Positions 18,400-28,908 of a stretch of 37,359 nt of DNA are shown piece by piece; the stretch's first letter is position 1, and each line of letters begins with the position of its first letter. This stretch comes from Natrialbaceae archaeon (lineage in GTDB: Archaea > Halobacteriota > Halobacteria > Halobacteriales > Natrialbaceae): NCBI GenBank assembly GCA_034521555.1, contig JAXHMI010000002.1:1-37359 (forward strand). The letters are read 5' to 3'. The translations under genes were made by a program, and so were the position numbers. The notes beneath the pieces are model-generated. The model worked only from the letters and a program-made list of their open reading frames with translations. It was not told the origin of the DNA and searched no databases.

Positions 18400-20568
18400 C
18401 TACTGTGGGCTTGGGTTGGAGCCACCTGTTCCGGTGACCTGCCCCTCGAGTGCCGAGCCCGTGATCGACTTGAGCCGATCGAGCAGCGAGTCCTTCGCCG
18501 GTTCACCGGTGAGGGCGACCTCGAGGACCTCGCTGATGTCCGAACAGGGGACGATCTCGACCATCTCCTTGTACTCGTCCTCGATCATAACGTCCTGTTC
18601 GTTGGCCTTCGGAATGATGACCTTCGAGCAGCCAGCCTTCGCCGCGGCCTCGATCTTGTGGGTCACCCCACCGACCGGGAGCACGTCACCGCGGACAGAC
18701 AGCGAGCCCGTCATCGCCACCGACTGATCGACGGGGACGCCCTCGAGCGCGCTGATGACGGCCGTTGCGACGGTGATCGAGGCCGAATCGCCATCGACGC
18801 CTTGCTGGCCGGTCTGGACGAACTGGATGTGGACGTCCTTGCCGGTCAGGGAGTCCGGGTAGGCGCTACTCTCGTAGCGATCCTCGTCCCAGCCGGGCAC
18901 GCTCGTCGAGAGGTCCTCGTCGGAGAACTTCTTGATGATCGCCGAGACGTTCTGGACGGACTCCTTGGCCATTTCCTTGAGCTGTCCCGTGGCGATCACC
19001 CGACCGGGCCCCTGGGCGGGGGTTACCTCTGCCATGACGGGCAGGAGAATCCCGGAGTCCTGCCCCATGACGGCGAGGCCGTTGACACGGCCGACGGCGC
19101 CGCCCTCAGAGACCTTGAGCTCGTAGTCCTTCCGGCGCTCGATGTAGTCGTCGGCGAGTTGCTGTTCGATCGAGCGGGATCGCTCCTTGGCCTCGAGGAC
19201 GTCCTCGCGGGTCGTGTACTCGCGGTCCTCGGCGCGGGCGATGTCACCGGCGACCCGGACGAGTCCGCCCAGCGTCCGGAAGTGCAGCGTCAGATGGTTC
19301 TTTCGGCCCGAGCGGCGCTTGGCCTCGAGGAGGATCTCCTCGACGGCCTCCGCGTCGAAGTGGGGGAGCCGGCCGTCGCGCTCGACCTCCTGGGCGACGA
19401 ACCGGACGTACTTCCGGCGCATCTCGGGGGTGTCCTCGATGGTATCCTCCATGTAGACCTCGTAGCCGTATCCCTTCACGCGATTTCGGAGCGCCGGGTG
19501 CATGTGCTCCATCGCGTCGAGGTTCCCGGCTGCTACGAGGATGAAATCACACGGGACGGGCTCGGTCTGGACCATCGCCCCGGAGGAGCGCTCGGACTGG
19601 CCGGTGATGGCGAACTCGCCCTCCTGAATGGCCGTCATCAGCTTCTGCTGGGTCCGGATATCGAGCGTGTTGATCTCGTCGACGAACAGCACGCCCTTGT
19701 TGGACTTGTGGATCGATCCCGGCTCCACACGGTCGTGACTCGGTGTCTCCATTCCGCCGGACTGGAAGGGGTCGTGGCGGACGTCACCGAGCAGCGCGCC
19801 GGCGTGTGCACCGGTCGCGTCCTCGAAGGGAGCCGTTCGCTGGTCCCCGTTGTTCACGATCATGTTCGGGACCATCGCGTCGCTCCCGCGGCTCGTGTAG
19901 CGAAAGATGAGCCACACGATACCGGCTGCGAGAATCCCGAGCAGGATGTTGAACGTGATGATCGCATAGCCGAGGACGATGGCGATGATGATCCACATCA
20001 GGATCGATCGCATCTGGTTGCGCTTTCTGGCCTCCTCCTTGTGGGCCTCGATGATGCGCTCACCCTTCCCGGCCGGCACTGTTCGCACCTTCGGGGCGTT
20101 CCCGTCGTCGGGGTTGTGATAGACGAGGACGTCCTGAAGATCCTCCCGTGGGAGGAGCTGGCTCATCGCCTTCGCTAGCATCGACTTGCCGGTCCCCGGC
20201 GAGCCGATCATCATCACGTGCCGGCGCTGCTTTGCCGCCTTGATGACGATGTCTCGAGCTTCGTCCTGGCCAATCACCTGATCGACGAGCCGGTCCGGTA
20301 CTTCGATATCCTCGGTGGTGTCGATTTTGAGGCCGCCGAGCATGTCGTCCTCGGCGATATCCTCGTCGATCTCCACGCCAGCGTCGACCTCGACCTCGCT
20401 GCCGAGCTCATCGAGGGTCTCTGGCTCGTCGTCGGTCTCCTCATCCGGAACCGACTCCTCAGTAGTATCTGGATCGGCCGGTTCATCCTCAGGTGATTCG
20501 TGGTCCCCTGAATCGGTCTCCGGTGTCGGAATCCCGGTTTGGCCACTCGGGATCGGGGGTGGCCTCAT
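18400..20568 (-). CDS. lonB: Archaeal membrane-bound ATP-dependent protease LonB.
   Basis: Intact 722-aa ORF. Acidic N-terminal tail. Walker A GSPGTGKSM. Two TM helices inserted in the AAA+ domain (ILMWIIIAIVLGYAIITFNILLGILAAGIVWLIF). Walker B VLFVDEIN. Lon protease domain with MTGSLSVRGDVLPVGGVTHKIEAAAKAG. Confidence 0.92.
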   Translation of the reverse strand: MRPPPIPSGQTGIPTPETDSGDHESPEDEPADPDTTEESVPDEETDDEPETLDELGSEVEVDAGVEIDEDIAEDDMLGGLKIDTTEDIEVPDRLVDQVIGQDEARDIVIKAAKQRRHVMMIGSPGTGKSMLAKAMSQLLPREDLQDVLVYHNPDDGNAPKVRTVPAGKGERIIEAHKEEARKRNQMRSILMWIIIAIVLGYAIITFNILLGILAAGIVWLIFRYTSRGSDAMVPNMIVNNGDQRTAPFEDATGAHAGALLGDVRHDPFQSGGMETPSHDRVEPGSIHKSNKGVLFVDEINTLDIRTQQKLMTAIQEGEFAITGQSERSSGAMVQTEPVPCDFILVAAGNLDAMEHMHPALRNRVKGYGYEVYMEDTIEDTPEMRRKYVRFVAQEVERDGRLPHFDAEAVEEILLEAKRRSGRKNHLTLHFRTLGGLVRVAGDIARAEDREYTTREDVLEAKERSRSIEQQLADDYIERRKDYELKVSEGGAVGRVNGLAVMGQDSGILLPVMAEVTPAQGPGRVIATGQLKEMAKESVQNVSAIIKKFSDEDLSTSVPGWDEDRYESSAYPDSLTGKDVHIQFVQTGQQGVDGDSASITVATAVISALEGVPVDQSVAMTGSLSVRGDVLPVGGVTHKIEAAAKAGCSKVIIPKANEQDVMIEDEYKEMVEIVPCSDISEVLEVALTGEPAKDSLLDRLKSITGSALEGQVTGTGGSNPSPQ

Positions 20569-20863
20569 CGGCGGTTTCGTCGTCGTGTCTGTGGGGACTC
20601 ATGTCGTCGTTGAGCAGGCGAAGGAAGGAGATTGCTACTGATATACTTTCTCCCTCGTAGCCTGCAGGATTCGTGGGTTTGAGGGCCCATATCGCCAAAA
20701 TCCAGCTGATCCCTCTTCGCAGCCATGTCGTCACGACAAACGAGTCGCTATACTGGAGAGTACTGTCATGTGAGGGGTATCCAGCCGAATCTCAGCTGAT
20801 TCAGTCTTGCCTGACCCAGCCGGCCTCGCCACGCTTAAGTCGAGATGGCCCGAGCCTATCGCC

Positions 20864-21382
20864 ATGACGCGGGGCTTCTACATCGGCCGCTTCCAGCCCT
20901 ATCACAACGGCCACCACTCGATGGTCGAGCGGATCGCGGCCGATGTCGACGAGCTGATCCTCGGCGTGGGAAGCGCGGGTGATTCCCACATGCGACAGGA
21001 TCCATTCACCGCAGGCGAGCGTATCATGATGATCACGAAGGCCGTCGCCGAGTTCGACATCGAGACGTACGTCGTCCCGATCGAGGACCTCGAGCGGAAC
21101 TCCGTCTGGGTGAGCCACGTCCAGAGCATGAGCCCGAGCTTCGAGGTGGCCTACTCGAACAACCCGCTCGTCATCCAGCTCTTCCGAGAGGCGGGGATCG
21201 AGATTCGGCAGTCCCCGATGTTCAACCGGGAAGTGCTCGAGGGTACCGAGGTCAGAGACCGAATGATCGACGGAGGCGATTGGGCGGCTCTCGTCCCCGA
21301 CGTGGTGGTTGATGTCATCGAGGAGATCGATGGCATCGAGCGGATTCGCATGGTGAGTGACACGGATTCGAACGGGCGATGA
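20864..21382 (+). CDS. nadM: Nicotinamide-nucleotide adenylyltransferase (archaeal NMNAT).
   Basis: Intact ORF MTRGFYIGRFQPYHNGHHSMVERIAADVDELILGVGSAG...FTAGERIMMI...VVPIEDLERNSVWVSHV. (H/T)xGH motif present. Confidence 0.85.
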   Translation: MTRGFYIGRFQPYHNGHHSMVERIAADVDELILGVGSAGDSHMRQDPFTAGERIMMITKAVAEFDIETYVVPIEDLERNSVWVSHVQSMSPSFEVAYSNNPLVIQLFREAGIEIRQSPMFNREVLEGTEVRDRMIDGGDWAALVPDVVVDVIEEIDGIERIRMVSDTDSNGR

Positions 21383-22138
21383 TCACGCTCGCGTCTGACT
21401 TCGGTTCGCCCTATCCGGCCGCAATGCGGGGGGTCTTGCTGCAGGAAACTGATACCAGACTCGTCGACGTGTCTCACCGGTGCCCCGGTGGCGATATCCG
21501 GGCGGGCGCGTTCTGGCTCCGGGAGCTGCTTACCGCAGTTTCCGCCAGCAGTCCATCTTGTCGTCATCGATCCAGGTGTCGGCACTGACCGCAATGCACT
21601 CGTGCTCCGGGCGGGCGAGCACGTCCTCGTGGGACCGGACAATGGCGTGCTGCTGCCCGCTGCCCGGAAACTCGCGGGTGGGAGGTCCCTCGAGAGTTAC
21701 CACATCTCCATCCCGCCGACGGCCAGTGAGACCTTTCATGGGAGAGACGTCTTTGCCCCCGCCGCTGCTGTCGCCCACGAAGCGGATCCGGACCAGCTTG
21801 GGGCAGTCGATGCCTTCGATCCCGGACCGATCGCCGTCGAGTATGTATTGCCCACCCCCGACGTGACCGACACCGACGCGACCGGCGAGGTGCTGACCGT
21901 CGATGACTTCGGCAACGTGATCACGAGCCTTCCAGGGTCGGTACTCGAGGACCTCGAGACCGTCGAGGTCAACGGCTCGTCAGTTCCCGTGGCGGATACG
22001 TTCGGTGCCGTTCCCACCGGGACCGCCCTCGCGACGGTCGGGAGTCACGGCAACGTCGAACTTGATGTCGCCGATGGGCGGGGCGAGGAGGCATTTGGCC
22101 TCGAGGCCGGAGACGGGGTGCGATTGGTGTGGTCATGA
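21379..22138 (+). pseudogene. SAM hydroxide adenosyltransferase family protein (DUF62). One frameshift near 21490. Its start overlaps the nadM stop.
   Basis: MITLASDFGSPYPAAMRGVLLQETDTRLVDVSH then (shifted) ...HLVVIDPGVGTDRNALVLRAGEHVLVGPDNGVLLPAA...TFHGRDVFAPAAA...TVDDFGNVITS... Confidence 0.75.
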
Positions 22139-22193
22139 TCCCCACTATGGGAGGGGTCATCCTTACAAATCCAGCAGCAGTAGCTAGCAAACA

Positions 22194-23817
22194 ATGAGTG
22201 GCGAACCCCCCTCGCTGGATTTCGATGCCGTCATCGTCGGCGCCGGATTCTCAGGGCTCTACATGCTGCACCGGCTTCGAGAGCTCGGGCTCGAGGCCCG
22301 CGTCCTCGAGAAGGCCGACGAGGTCGGCGGCACCTGGTACTGGAACCGCTACCCTGGCGCCCGCTGTGATAGCGAGAGCCATATCTACCTGTTATTCCTT
22401 TCCGATGCCCTCCTCGAGGACTGGGAGTGGAGCGAGCGCTATCCCGAACAGCCGGAGATTCTCGAGTACCTCCAGTTCGTGGCCGACCGGCTCGAGCTCC
22501 GGCGGGACATCGACTTCGAGACCGAGGTCGAATCGGCGACCTACGACGAGGCCAGTGGGACCTGGACGGTCACCACTGCTGCTGGCGAGGCGCTAACCAC
22601 CCGGTATCTCATCACCGCCGTCGGCTGTCTGTCCGAACCGTTCATCCCCGATTTCGAGGGCCTGGATCAGTTCGAGGGCGAGTGGTTCCATACGGCGCGC
22701 TGGCCCCGGGACGGTGTTTCGTTCGATGGCAAAACCGTGGGTGTAATCGGTACGGGGCTCGACGGGCATTCAGCTCATCCCAGAGGTCGCCGAGGCGGCC
22801 GAGCAGTTGACCGTCTTTCAGCGAACGCCCAACTACGCTGTTCCGGCCCGGAATCGCCCCCTCTCCGATGAGGAGTACGCCGATATCGGGCGAACTACGA
22901 CGAGATCTGGGCGGATGCGGAGGACTCCTGGCTCGGGATGCCATTCGACACTGAGCATCCAACCGGGACCGGCCTCTCGGACGAGGAGATTATCGAGCTG
23001 CTCGAGAAACGCTGGCAGCAGGGCGGGTTTCGGTTCCTCCATACGTTCAACGTGGGCTCACTCCTCATCGATGAATCTCTCAACGCGACGGTCTCTGCGT
23101 TCATCCGTGAGAAGATCCGCGAGCGCGTCGATGATCCCGAGGTCGCCGAGTTGCTGGTTCCGACCGACCACCCATATGCGTCCAAGCGCCCTCCCATGGA
23201 CTACAACGGCTACTACGAGACCTACAACCGGGACGACGTCGAGCTCGTCGACGTCGAAGGAGCTCCCATCGAGCGAATCACGCCGGCGGGAGTCCAGACG
23301 ACCCAGGACACCTACGAGCTGGATGTTCTCATCCTCGCCACGGGATTCGATGCGATGACCGGCGCCTTGCTCGAGATCGATATCGAGGGCCGGGATGGAA
23401 TCACACTCGAGGAGAAGTGGGCCGATGGCCCCCAGTCCTACCTCGGCCTTGGCGTCGCCGGGTTCCCGAATCTGTTCACGATCACCGGGCCCCAGAGTCC
23501 GTCGGTTCTGACGAACATGCCCCAGTCGATCGAACAGCACGTCGACTGGATCACCGACTGTCTCATCCACATGCGGGAAGAGGGTTACACGCGTATCGAG
23601 CCCAGCGAGACCGCCGAGCAGGAGTGGGTCATGCGGACGACCACCCTCGCGAATCAGATGCTGTTCTCGGAGGCCAAGTCCTGGTACCGCGGGGCGAACG
23701 TGCCGGGCAAGCCGACCGTGTTTGGCCCGTTCCCCGGCGGGCTGGATACATACCGGTCGGTCTGTGAGGACGTTGTCGAACGGGACGTACGACAGCTTCG
23801 AATTCGCAGAAGGGTAG
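22194..23817 (+). pseudogene. Type I Baeyer–Villiger (flavin-containing) monooxygenase. Frame broken ~3 times.
   Basis: FAD GxGxxG VIVGAGFSGLYMLHRL. GGTWYWNRYPGARCD. BVMO fingerprint FEGEWFHTARWP. Second Rossmann GKTVGVIGTG. Later frames QRTPNYAVPARNRPL and FPNLFTITGPQSPSVLTNMPQSIEQHVDWITDCL. Confidence 0.8.
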
Positions 23818-23825
23818 GGCGGTGC

Positions 23826-25403
23826 TCATTCGGCGGCGATGACGTCGTCGATTCGGATGATCATCGTCGCAGCTTCGGTGGCGCTCTCCACGGCCTCTCG
23901 CTTGACGTCGGCCGGATCCACGACCCCGTAGTCGACTGGATCGTCGATGGTGACCGTTTCGCCGTCGGTGATCAACCCGGCCCGTCCCTCGGACTCGTGG
24001 GCTGCCCGCAGGTCGACCAGCGCGTCGATCGGATCCTCACCGGTGTTGCCGGCGAGCGTCCGGGGAATGACGTCGACCGCGTCGGCGAAGGCGGTGACCG
24101 CAAGCTGGCGCCGCCCCTCGATACCCGCGGCGGCCGAGCGTACCGCGTTGGCGATCGCGAGTTCGGCGGCCCCGGCTCCCGCGACAACTTCTCCAGACGC
24201 AAGTGCGGCGGCAACCACGTCGAGGGCGTCCATGATCGCCCGTTCGAGCTCGTCGACCACGTGCTCAGTTCCCCCGCGGACGAGGATGGTAACGGCCTCG
24301 GCGGCCGCCCCGCCCTCGACGATGGCGAGTTCGTCTTCGCCGAACTGCTCGAGTTTGACTCCGTCTGCATTGCCGATATCACTCGCGTCGAGGTCATCGA
24401 GACTGCCGACCCGCCGGGCGCCTGTTGCGGACGCGATCTTCCGGGCATCGTCGCTGTCGATATCCTTGAAGGCGAGCACACCACTGTTGGCGAGGTACGA
24501 GGCGACCCGGTCGTCGATGTCGTCAGTGGCGAAGACGACATCAACCTCGCTCTCGACGAGCTGTTCGGCGTAGCGTCGGAGCTCCTGTTCCTCGGCGTCG
24601 AGGGCAGCGTTCAGCTGGTCGATGGAGTCGATCGAGTACTCGGCATCGACCTCGCCGGTCCGGACACCCAGTTCGATGTCCAGGACGGCGATCGCGGCAT
24701 CGGTAACTGCCTTCGGCATGGTGTCGTGGGCCGCCTCCTCGTCCACAACGATCCCCTCGACGAGCTGTGTTGCACTGGAGGAGGCACCGACCTGCGTGTG
24801 GATTGAGACGTCGTCACGACGGACACCGTCCTCGCTGGCAACGTGGTGGATCGCCGCGACGACGGTCTCGGCCAGGACGTCGGCCGTGAGCCCGCCAGTT
24901 CCCTTGCCGGTCATGCTCGACTCGGCGACCTGCTGGAGGATCTCATCGTCGACGGAGACCTCGAGGACCGAGTCGTCGATGGCCTCCTGGGCGATCCGGG
25001 CGGCCTCGTGATAGCCCTCCACGATGGTCGTGGCGTGGACCTCCTGTTCGATCAGGTCCTCGGCCTCCGAGAGCAGATTGCCAGCCAGGACGGCGGCGGT
25101 CGTCGTCCCGTCCCCGATCTCTTCCTCCTGGGACTCGGCGACCTCGACGATCATCTGGGCTGCCGGGTGCTCGATGTCCATCTCGTCGAGAATGGTGGCG
25201 CCGTCGTTCGTGATGACGACATCACCACTCGAGCCGACGAGCATCTTGTCCATGCCGCGGGGGCCGAGCGTGGTCCGTACCGATTCGGACACGGCCTTGC
25301 CGGCCATGATGTTCGACGCCTGCGCGTCGCGGCCTTGTGTTCGTTGACTATCCTCGCTGAGAATGAAAAGGGGCTGTGAGCCCATGCGTCGCTGTTCTGC
25401 CAT
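23826..25403 (-). CDS. cct: Thermosome (group II chaperonin) subunit.
   Basis: Intact 525-aa [31 protein letters not shown]...[13 protein letters not shown]...[24 protein letters not shown]...[12 protein letters not shown]...[15 protein letters not shown]. The 165 upstream codons of the annotated ORF are rejected. Confidence 0.92.
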   Translation of the reverse strand: MAEQRRMGSQPLFILSEDSQRTQGRDAQASNIMAGKAVSESVRTTLGPRGMDKMLVGSSGDVVITNDGATILDEMDIEHPAAQMIVEVAESQEEEIGDGTTTAAVLAGNLLSEAEDLIEQEVHATTIVEGYHEAARIAQEAIDDSVLEVSVDDEILQQVAESSMTGKGTGGLTADVLAETVVAAIHHVASEDGVRRDDVSIHTQVGASSSATQLVEGIVVDEEAAHDTMPKAVTDAAIAVLDIELGVRTGEVDAEYSIDSIDQLNAALDAEEQELRRYAEQLVESEVDVVFATDDIDDRVASYLANSGVLAFKDIDSDDARKIASATGARRVGSLDDLDASDIGNADGVKLEQFGEDELAIVEGGAAAEAVTILVRGGTEHVVDELERAIMDALDVVAAALASGEVVAGAGAAELAIANAVRSAAAGIEGRRQLAVTAFADAVDVIPRTLAGNTGEDPIDALVDLRAAHESEGRAGLITDGETVTIDDPVDYGVVDPADVKREAVESATEAATMIIRIDDVIAAE

Positions 25404-25435
25404 GGTATATTCCTCTGTAAAGGTATCGTCAGCAC

Positions 25436-25450
25436 TTCTATATAAATATT
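25436..25450 (-). promoter_or_regulatory. AT-rich TATA-like element (TTCTATATAAATATT) 33-47 bp upstream of the thermosome ATG. Likely the cct promoter core.
   Basis: Strongest AT-rich block in the 25404-25537 intergenic region. It could alternatively serve the divergent amidohydrolase gene. Confidence 0.35.
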
Positions 25451-25537
25451 TCTGTCCTACCTCGCCCCCCTCCCGCGATTGGCACAATGGGATCCCTGCC
25501 GGTAGACCGATAGTGATCGCCTCTGTAGCGCAGGCAA

Positions 25538-26359
25538 ATGCTCGAGCTCGAGCACCAGTACCGGGTCGTCGATGTCCACGCGACGCTGGCCCCGCCAGCC
25601 GTCGATGGGGCTGGGATGGTCGGCCCGGATCGGCTCGAGCGCGAGATGCACCAGGCGGGGATCGTCCGGGCCATGGTCGTCCCTCAGACCCTCCCGGAGA
25701 CGGCGTATGTCGCAGGCCAACAACGCCGTCGCCCGCCACAGCGTCGAGCGCCCCTTCGTGGCCGTTGCCCGGATCAACGGTCCGGTCCCGGCCGGCGATG
25801 CGCTCCGCGACCGGGTCCGCTCGGTCGTGGGCGGTCGAGAGGACTGGCACACGACATCCCGGGACGTCGAACGCTATGCGTACGACGATCGCTTCCACGG
25901 CTTCGTCGTCGATCCCGCCACCGATGGCTTTCCCGATGGCGATGTCCTCGCCACGCTCGAGGATGTCGGGCTTCCCCTGATCGTCCGGGGCGGGTGAAGG
26001 CTCCGCCGGCGGTCATCGCTGACCGCCTGCTCGGCCGGTCGTTTCCGGTCGTCCTGGCGCACTTCGGGGGCCATCCCCTCGATCGGGACTGCATGGATGC
26101 AGCGATCGATCTCGTCGACGAGTATGGCGGCTGCTGCTATCGAGACGAGCACCGTCCGGTACCGGGCGGTCCTCGAGCGGGCCCTTCGGGAACATCCCGA
26201 CCGCGTGCTCTTCGGCAGCGGGGCGCCCCACTGGCACCCGGATGTGGCCGTGATGGAGGTCCTCACGCTCGATCTGTCGGCCGACCTCCTCCGCCGAGCC
26301 TTCGCGAAGAAACTGCCGTCAGGGTCATCGATGCGCTGGCCCCCGGCGTCGACAGTTAA
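25538..26359 (+). pseudogene. Amidohydrolase-2 family (PF04909) TIM-barrel metal-dependent hydrolase (decarboxylase/lactonase family). Frame broken ~4 times.
   Basis: MLELEHQYRVVDVHATL (metal-binding start). Shifted frames: ...ERPFVAVARINGP..., VIADRLLGRSFPVVLAHFGGHPLDR...VDEYGGCCY, RYRAVLERALREHPDRVLFGSGAPHWHPDVAVMEVLTLDLSADLLRRAF and ...AVRVIDALAPG. Confidence 0.6.
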
Positions 26360-26383
26360 GGGGCTGGCTGGCGAGACGCCGGT

Positions 26384-27172
26384 ATGGAGGACGTTGGATC
26401 TGGCCTGGCGGCCATCGAGCGATCGGAGCACCGCGCGGACATCTACCTGCGGCGACCTGACAAGCGCAACGCGATGACGGTCCCGATGATGGCCGATCTC
26501 ATCGAGGCCTTCGAGCGGCTCGGCGCCGACGACGATGTCTGGGCGATCACGCTGCTCGGCGAGGGCCCGGTCTTCTCCGCGGGGATGGACCTCGAGATGA
26601 TGCGCGAGCGCGTCGAGCCGGATGCGGAATTCGAACACGATGCGTTCCCCGACCTGCTCGAGACCATCGCGGAGACCCCACAGCCGGTTGTCGTCGGGAT
26701 CAAGCGGGCCGCCCCTGCGGGGGCGTTCGAACTCACACTGCCGTGTGATTTCCGGATCATGGGCGAGGATGCGATCTATGGGCTCTTCGAGGTCCAGCTC
26801 GGGACTTTTCCCCATGGCGGTGGGACCCAGCGGCTCCCGCGGTTGATCGGTCTCTCGAAGGCGACGGAGATCGTGATGACTGGTGAGCCGATCGAAGCGG
26901 AAGAGGCCCGAACCTGTGGGCTCGTCCACGAGGTCTGTGCGGACGATACGGTCGACGACCGCTCGCGAGCCCTGGCCGACGAACTCTGCTCGATGCCCCG
27001 CTGGGGCTGCCGAGCGGCAAAGCAGGCACTGGGCGTCTCGCTCGAGACACCCCTGGAAGAGGGACTGGCGCTGGAGCGAAAGCTGGGACGAGAACTCGAC
27101 GACACGGCCGATTACCGGGAGGGCTTCGAGGCCAGACTCGAGGATCGGGAGCCGGAGTTTGTCGGTGAGTGA
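26384..27172 (+). CDS. Enoyl-CoA hydratase/isomerase (crotonase) family protein.
   Basis: Intact 262-aa ORF. Crotonase oxyanion-hole motifs: FSAGMDL, VVVGIKRAAPAGAFELTLPCDFRIMGEDAIYGLFEVQLGTFPHGGGTQRLPRLIG. Confidence 0.85.
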   Translation: MEDVGSGLAAIERSEHRADIYLRRPDKRNAMTVPMMADLIEAFERLGADDDVWAITLLGEGPVFSAGMDLEMMRERVEPDAEFEHDAFPDLLETIAETPQPVVVGIKRAAPAGAFELTLPCDFRIMGEDAIYGLFEVQLGTFPHGGGTQRLPRLIGLSKATEIVMTGEPIEAEEARTCGLVHEVCADDTVDDRSRALADELCSMPRWGCRAAKQALGVSLETPLEEGLALERKLGRELDDTADYREGFEARLEDREPEFVGE

Positions 27173-28072
27173 TCAGACCCGGTCGTACCGCTGGACGATC
27201 CGGTCCTGCCCGCTCGAGATACCGTTGGGATTGCGGGCCCCGGATCGATCGGCATAGCGAGCCCTGAGGCCGTGGCCGTATCCGGTTGCCGCGTTCGCGA
27301 GGACGGCCCGGCCACTCGCGGCCCAGCCGGTCGGTGTATCGTCGCCGGTCACGCATCCGCGGGCCGCACCGAACCCGTCGGTGAGCATTCGGCCGAGGAC
27401 CGTCGCCAGCGGGACCGGCCGGGGTCCATAGTTCTTCGCCAGCCGATAGCCGAGGGAGCGATAGCGATCGCCCCAGTCCCCCGCCCGCGCCGCGCGTTGT
27501 GCCTCCGTTGATCGTCGAACCGCCATGCTGGCTGCCCAGGTCACGTCGTATCCGATGCTGGCGAGTCGGTGGGCACAGTCCCGCGCTCCGCCAATGGCAT
27601 AGTACTCGTCGAAGCCGTCGAGCGCGTCGACGACCGCGGACTGGAAGGCGACGTTGTTCGGATCGAAGAGGGGGATCGTCCGGCGGCCGACCGAACGCGG
27701 TGTCTTTGCTTCCGCCGGTTCGGTGGCCCCGCCAACCGGACCGGTCACCACGTCGCCACCGCCACCCAGGACGGTCTCGATCGCCTCGTACCACCCGTCG
27801 GTGACAACACAGTCGTCGCCCACGAGCGCGATGTACTCGCCGGTTGCGACCTCGAGGCCTGCGTTGCGGAGGGCATTGGGGTTTCGCTCCGCCAGCTCAA
27901 CGAGGACATCGACATCACCCCGGTCCCGGACAACCCCTGAGGTCCCATCCGACGATGGCCCGTTGGCCACGATAATCTCGGTGGTCCCTGGCGTACTGCC
28001 AGTGAGGGGCTCGAGACAGTCCTCGAGGGCGCCTCTTGCGTTCAGGGTCGGAACGACCACCGAGAGGTCCAT
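27173..28072 (-). CDS. Family 2 glycosyltransferase.
   Basis: Intact ORF MDLSVVVPTLNARGALEDCLEPL...TEIIVANGPSSDGT...YIALVGDDCVVTDGW (DxD region), a GT-A fold. Confidence 0.8.
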   Translation of the reverse strand: MDLSVVVPTLNARGALEDCLEPLTGSTPGTTEIIVANGPSSDGTSGVVRDRGDVDVLVELAERNPNALRNAGLEVATGEYIALVGDDCVVTDGWYEAIETVLGGGGDVVTGPVGGATEPAEAKTPRSVGRRTIPLFDPNNVAFQSAVVDALDGFDEYYAIGGARDCAHRLASIGYDVTWAASMAVRRSTEAQRAARAGDWGDRYRSLGYRLAKNYGPRPVPLATVLGRMLTDGFGAARGCVTGDDTPTGWAASGRAVLANAATGYGHGLRARYADRSGARNPNGISSGQDRIVQRYDRV

Positions 28073-28114
28073 CTACGACGGTCCAACAGCGTGACAGTAC
28101 AAATACCGTGGGAT

Positions 28115-28819
28115 TCAGGGTAGGCGAACGTCCCAGTACGACACCGAGGCCAGGCGAGACACGCCAGGCAGGCTGCCGAGAGCCTCGTCGGTCCACCGGA
28201 GGGGGCGGGCTATCGCACTCGGGATGGCCCGATAGAGTCCATAGGGCAACAGGAAGTCGTCGGCAACAGCTGTAAGGGTGAGATCGTGTCGCTCAAGCAG
28301 CGTTCTCACTTCCCGACGGGAATACAGGCGCGATCCCATCGGCAGGGCCCAGTTGTAGAGGCTTCGCGAACTGTATCGATTGAACGTATCAAAAATGATC
28401 TGCTCGCTCGCCACCCGTCGCATCTCCGAGAGGAACGCGTCGGGATCGTCGGCCAGGTGGAAAAACCGCATGGCCACGACCGTATCGAAGGCATTGTCCG
28501 GATACGGCAGTCGGGCGGCATCACCGTCGATAAACTCGAGCTCGCTGGCCAGGCCTGCCTGCTGGGCCTTCTTCCGCCCCAGCTTGAGCATCGCCGAAGA
28601 GATATCGAGCCCGATGACGTCGGCCCCCTGGTCGGCGAGCATGACGGTAAACCGGCCGGTCCCGCAGGCGATTTCGAGGACGCGGCGATCCTGAATGGGC
28701 CATGGCATCGATCGCGCGTCCTTTTCCCGCCGGTCGATTATCTCACCACCTCGAGAGAAGCGTTTCTCGTCGTAGGAGGCAGCGACGTCATCTGACTGAT
28801 ACCAGCGCTGGCCCTTCAC
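28115..28819 (-). CDS. Class I SAM-dependent methyltransferase (Methyltransf_11/25-like).
   Basis: Intact ORF. Motif I VLEIACGTGRFTVMLADQGADVIGLDIS. Post I/II FIDGDAARLPYPDNAFDTVVAM. Confidence 0.85.
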   Translation of the reverse strand: MKGQRWYQSDDVAASYDEKRFSRGGEIIDRREKDARSMPWPIQDRRVLEIACGTGRFTVMLADQGADVIGLDISSAMLKLGRKKAQQAGLASELEFIDGDAARLPYPDNAFDTVVAMRFFHLADDPDAFLSEMRRVASEQIIFDTFNRYSSRSLYNWALPMGSRLYSRREVRTLLERHDLTLTAVADDFLLPYGLYRAIPSAIARPLRWTDEALGSLPGVSRLASVSYWDVRLP

Positions 28820-28908
28820 CGTTGCCCGAAATACTCACGCCGCAGGTTAAAACGGTACTGAAACCGACGGGTGGGCGATTTTTTGCTGTATACGATGGAG
28901 GCCCCTTT

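Noticed and set aside
18322-20178. 618-aa ORF on the plus strand
   Set aside because: Fully antisense to the intact lonB gene. It has Asp/Arg/Leu/Gly-rich low-complexity composition typical of spurious long ORFs in high-GC DNA.
20640-20700. Possible tRNA in the lonB-nadM intergenic region (GGGTTTGAGGGCCC-like segment)
   Set aside because: No acceptor/D/anticodon/T-arm cloverleaf can be drawn. The T-loop consensus is absent.
25404-25898. 165-codon N-terminal extension of the thermosome ORF
   Set aside because: The thermosome clearly starts at [15 protein letters not shown] (ATG at 25403). The upstream extension covers the promoter/TATA region and has no chaperonin similarity.
26757-27794. 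345-aa Arg/Pro-rich ORF on the minus strand
   Set aside because: Antisense to the enoyl-CoA hydratase and out-of-frame with the GT2 gene. Low-complexity high-GC artefact.
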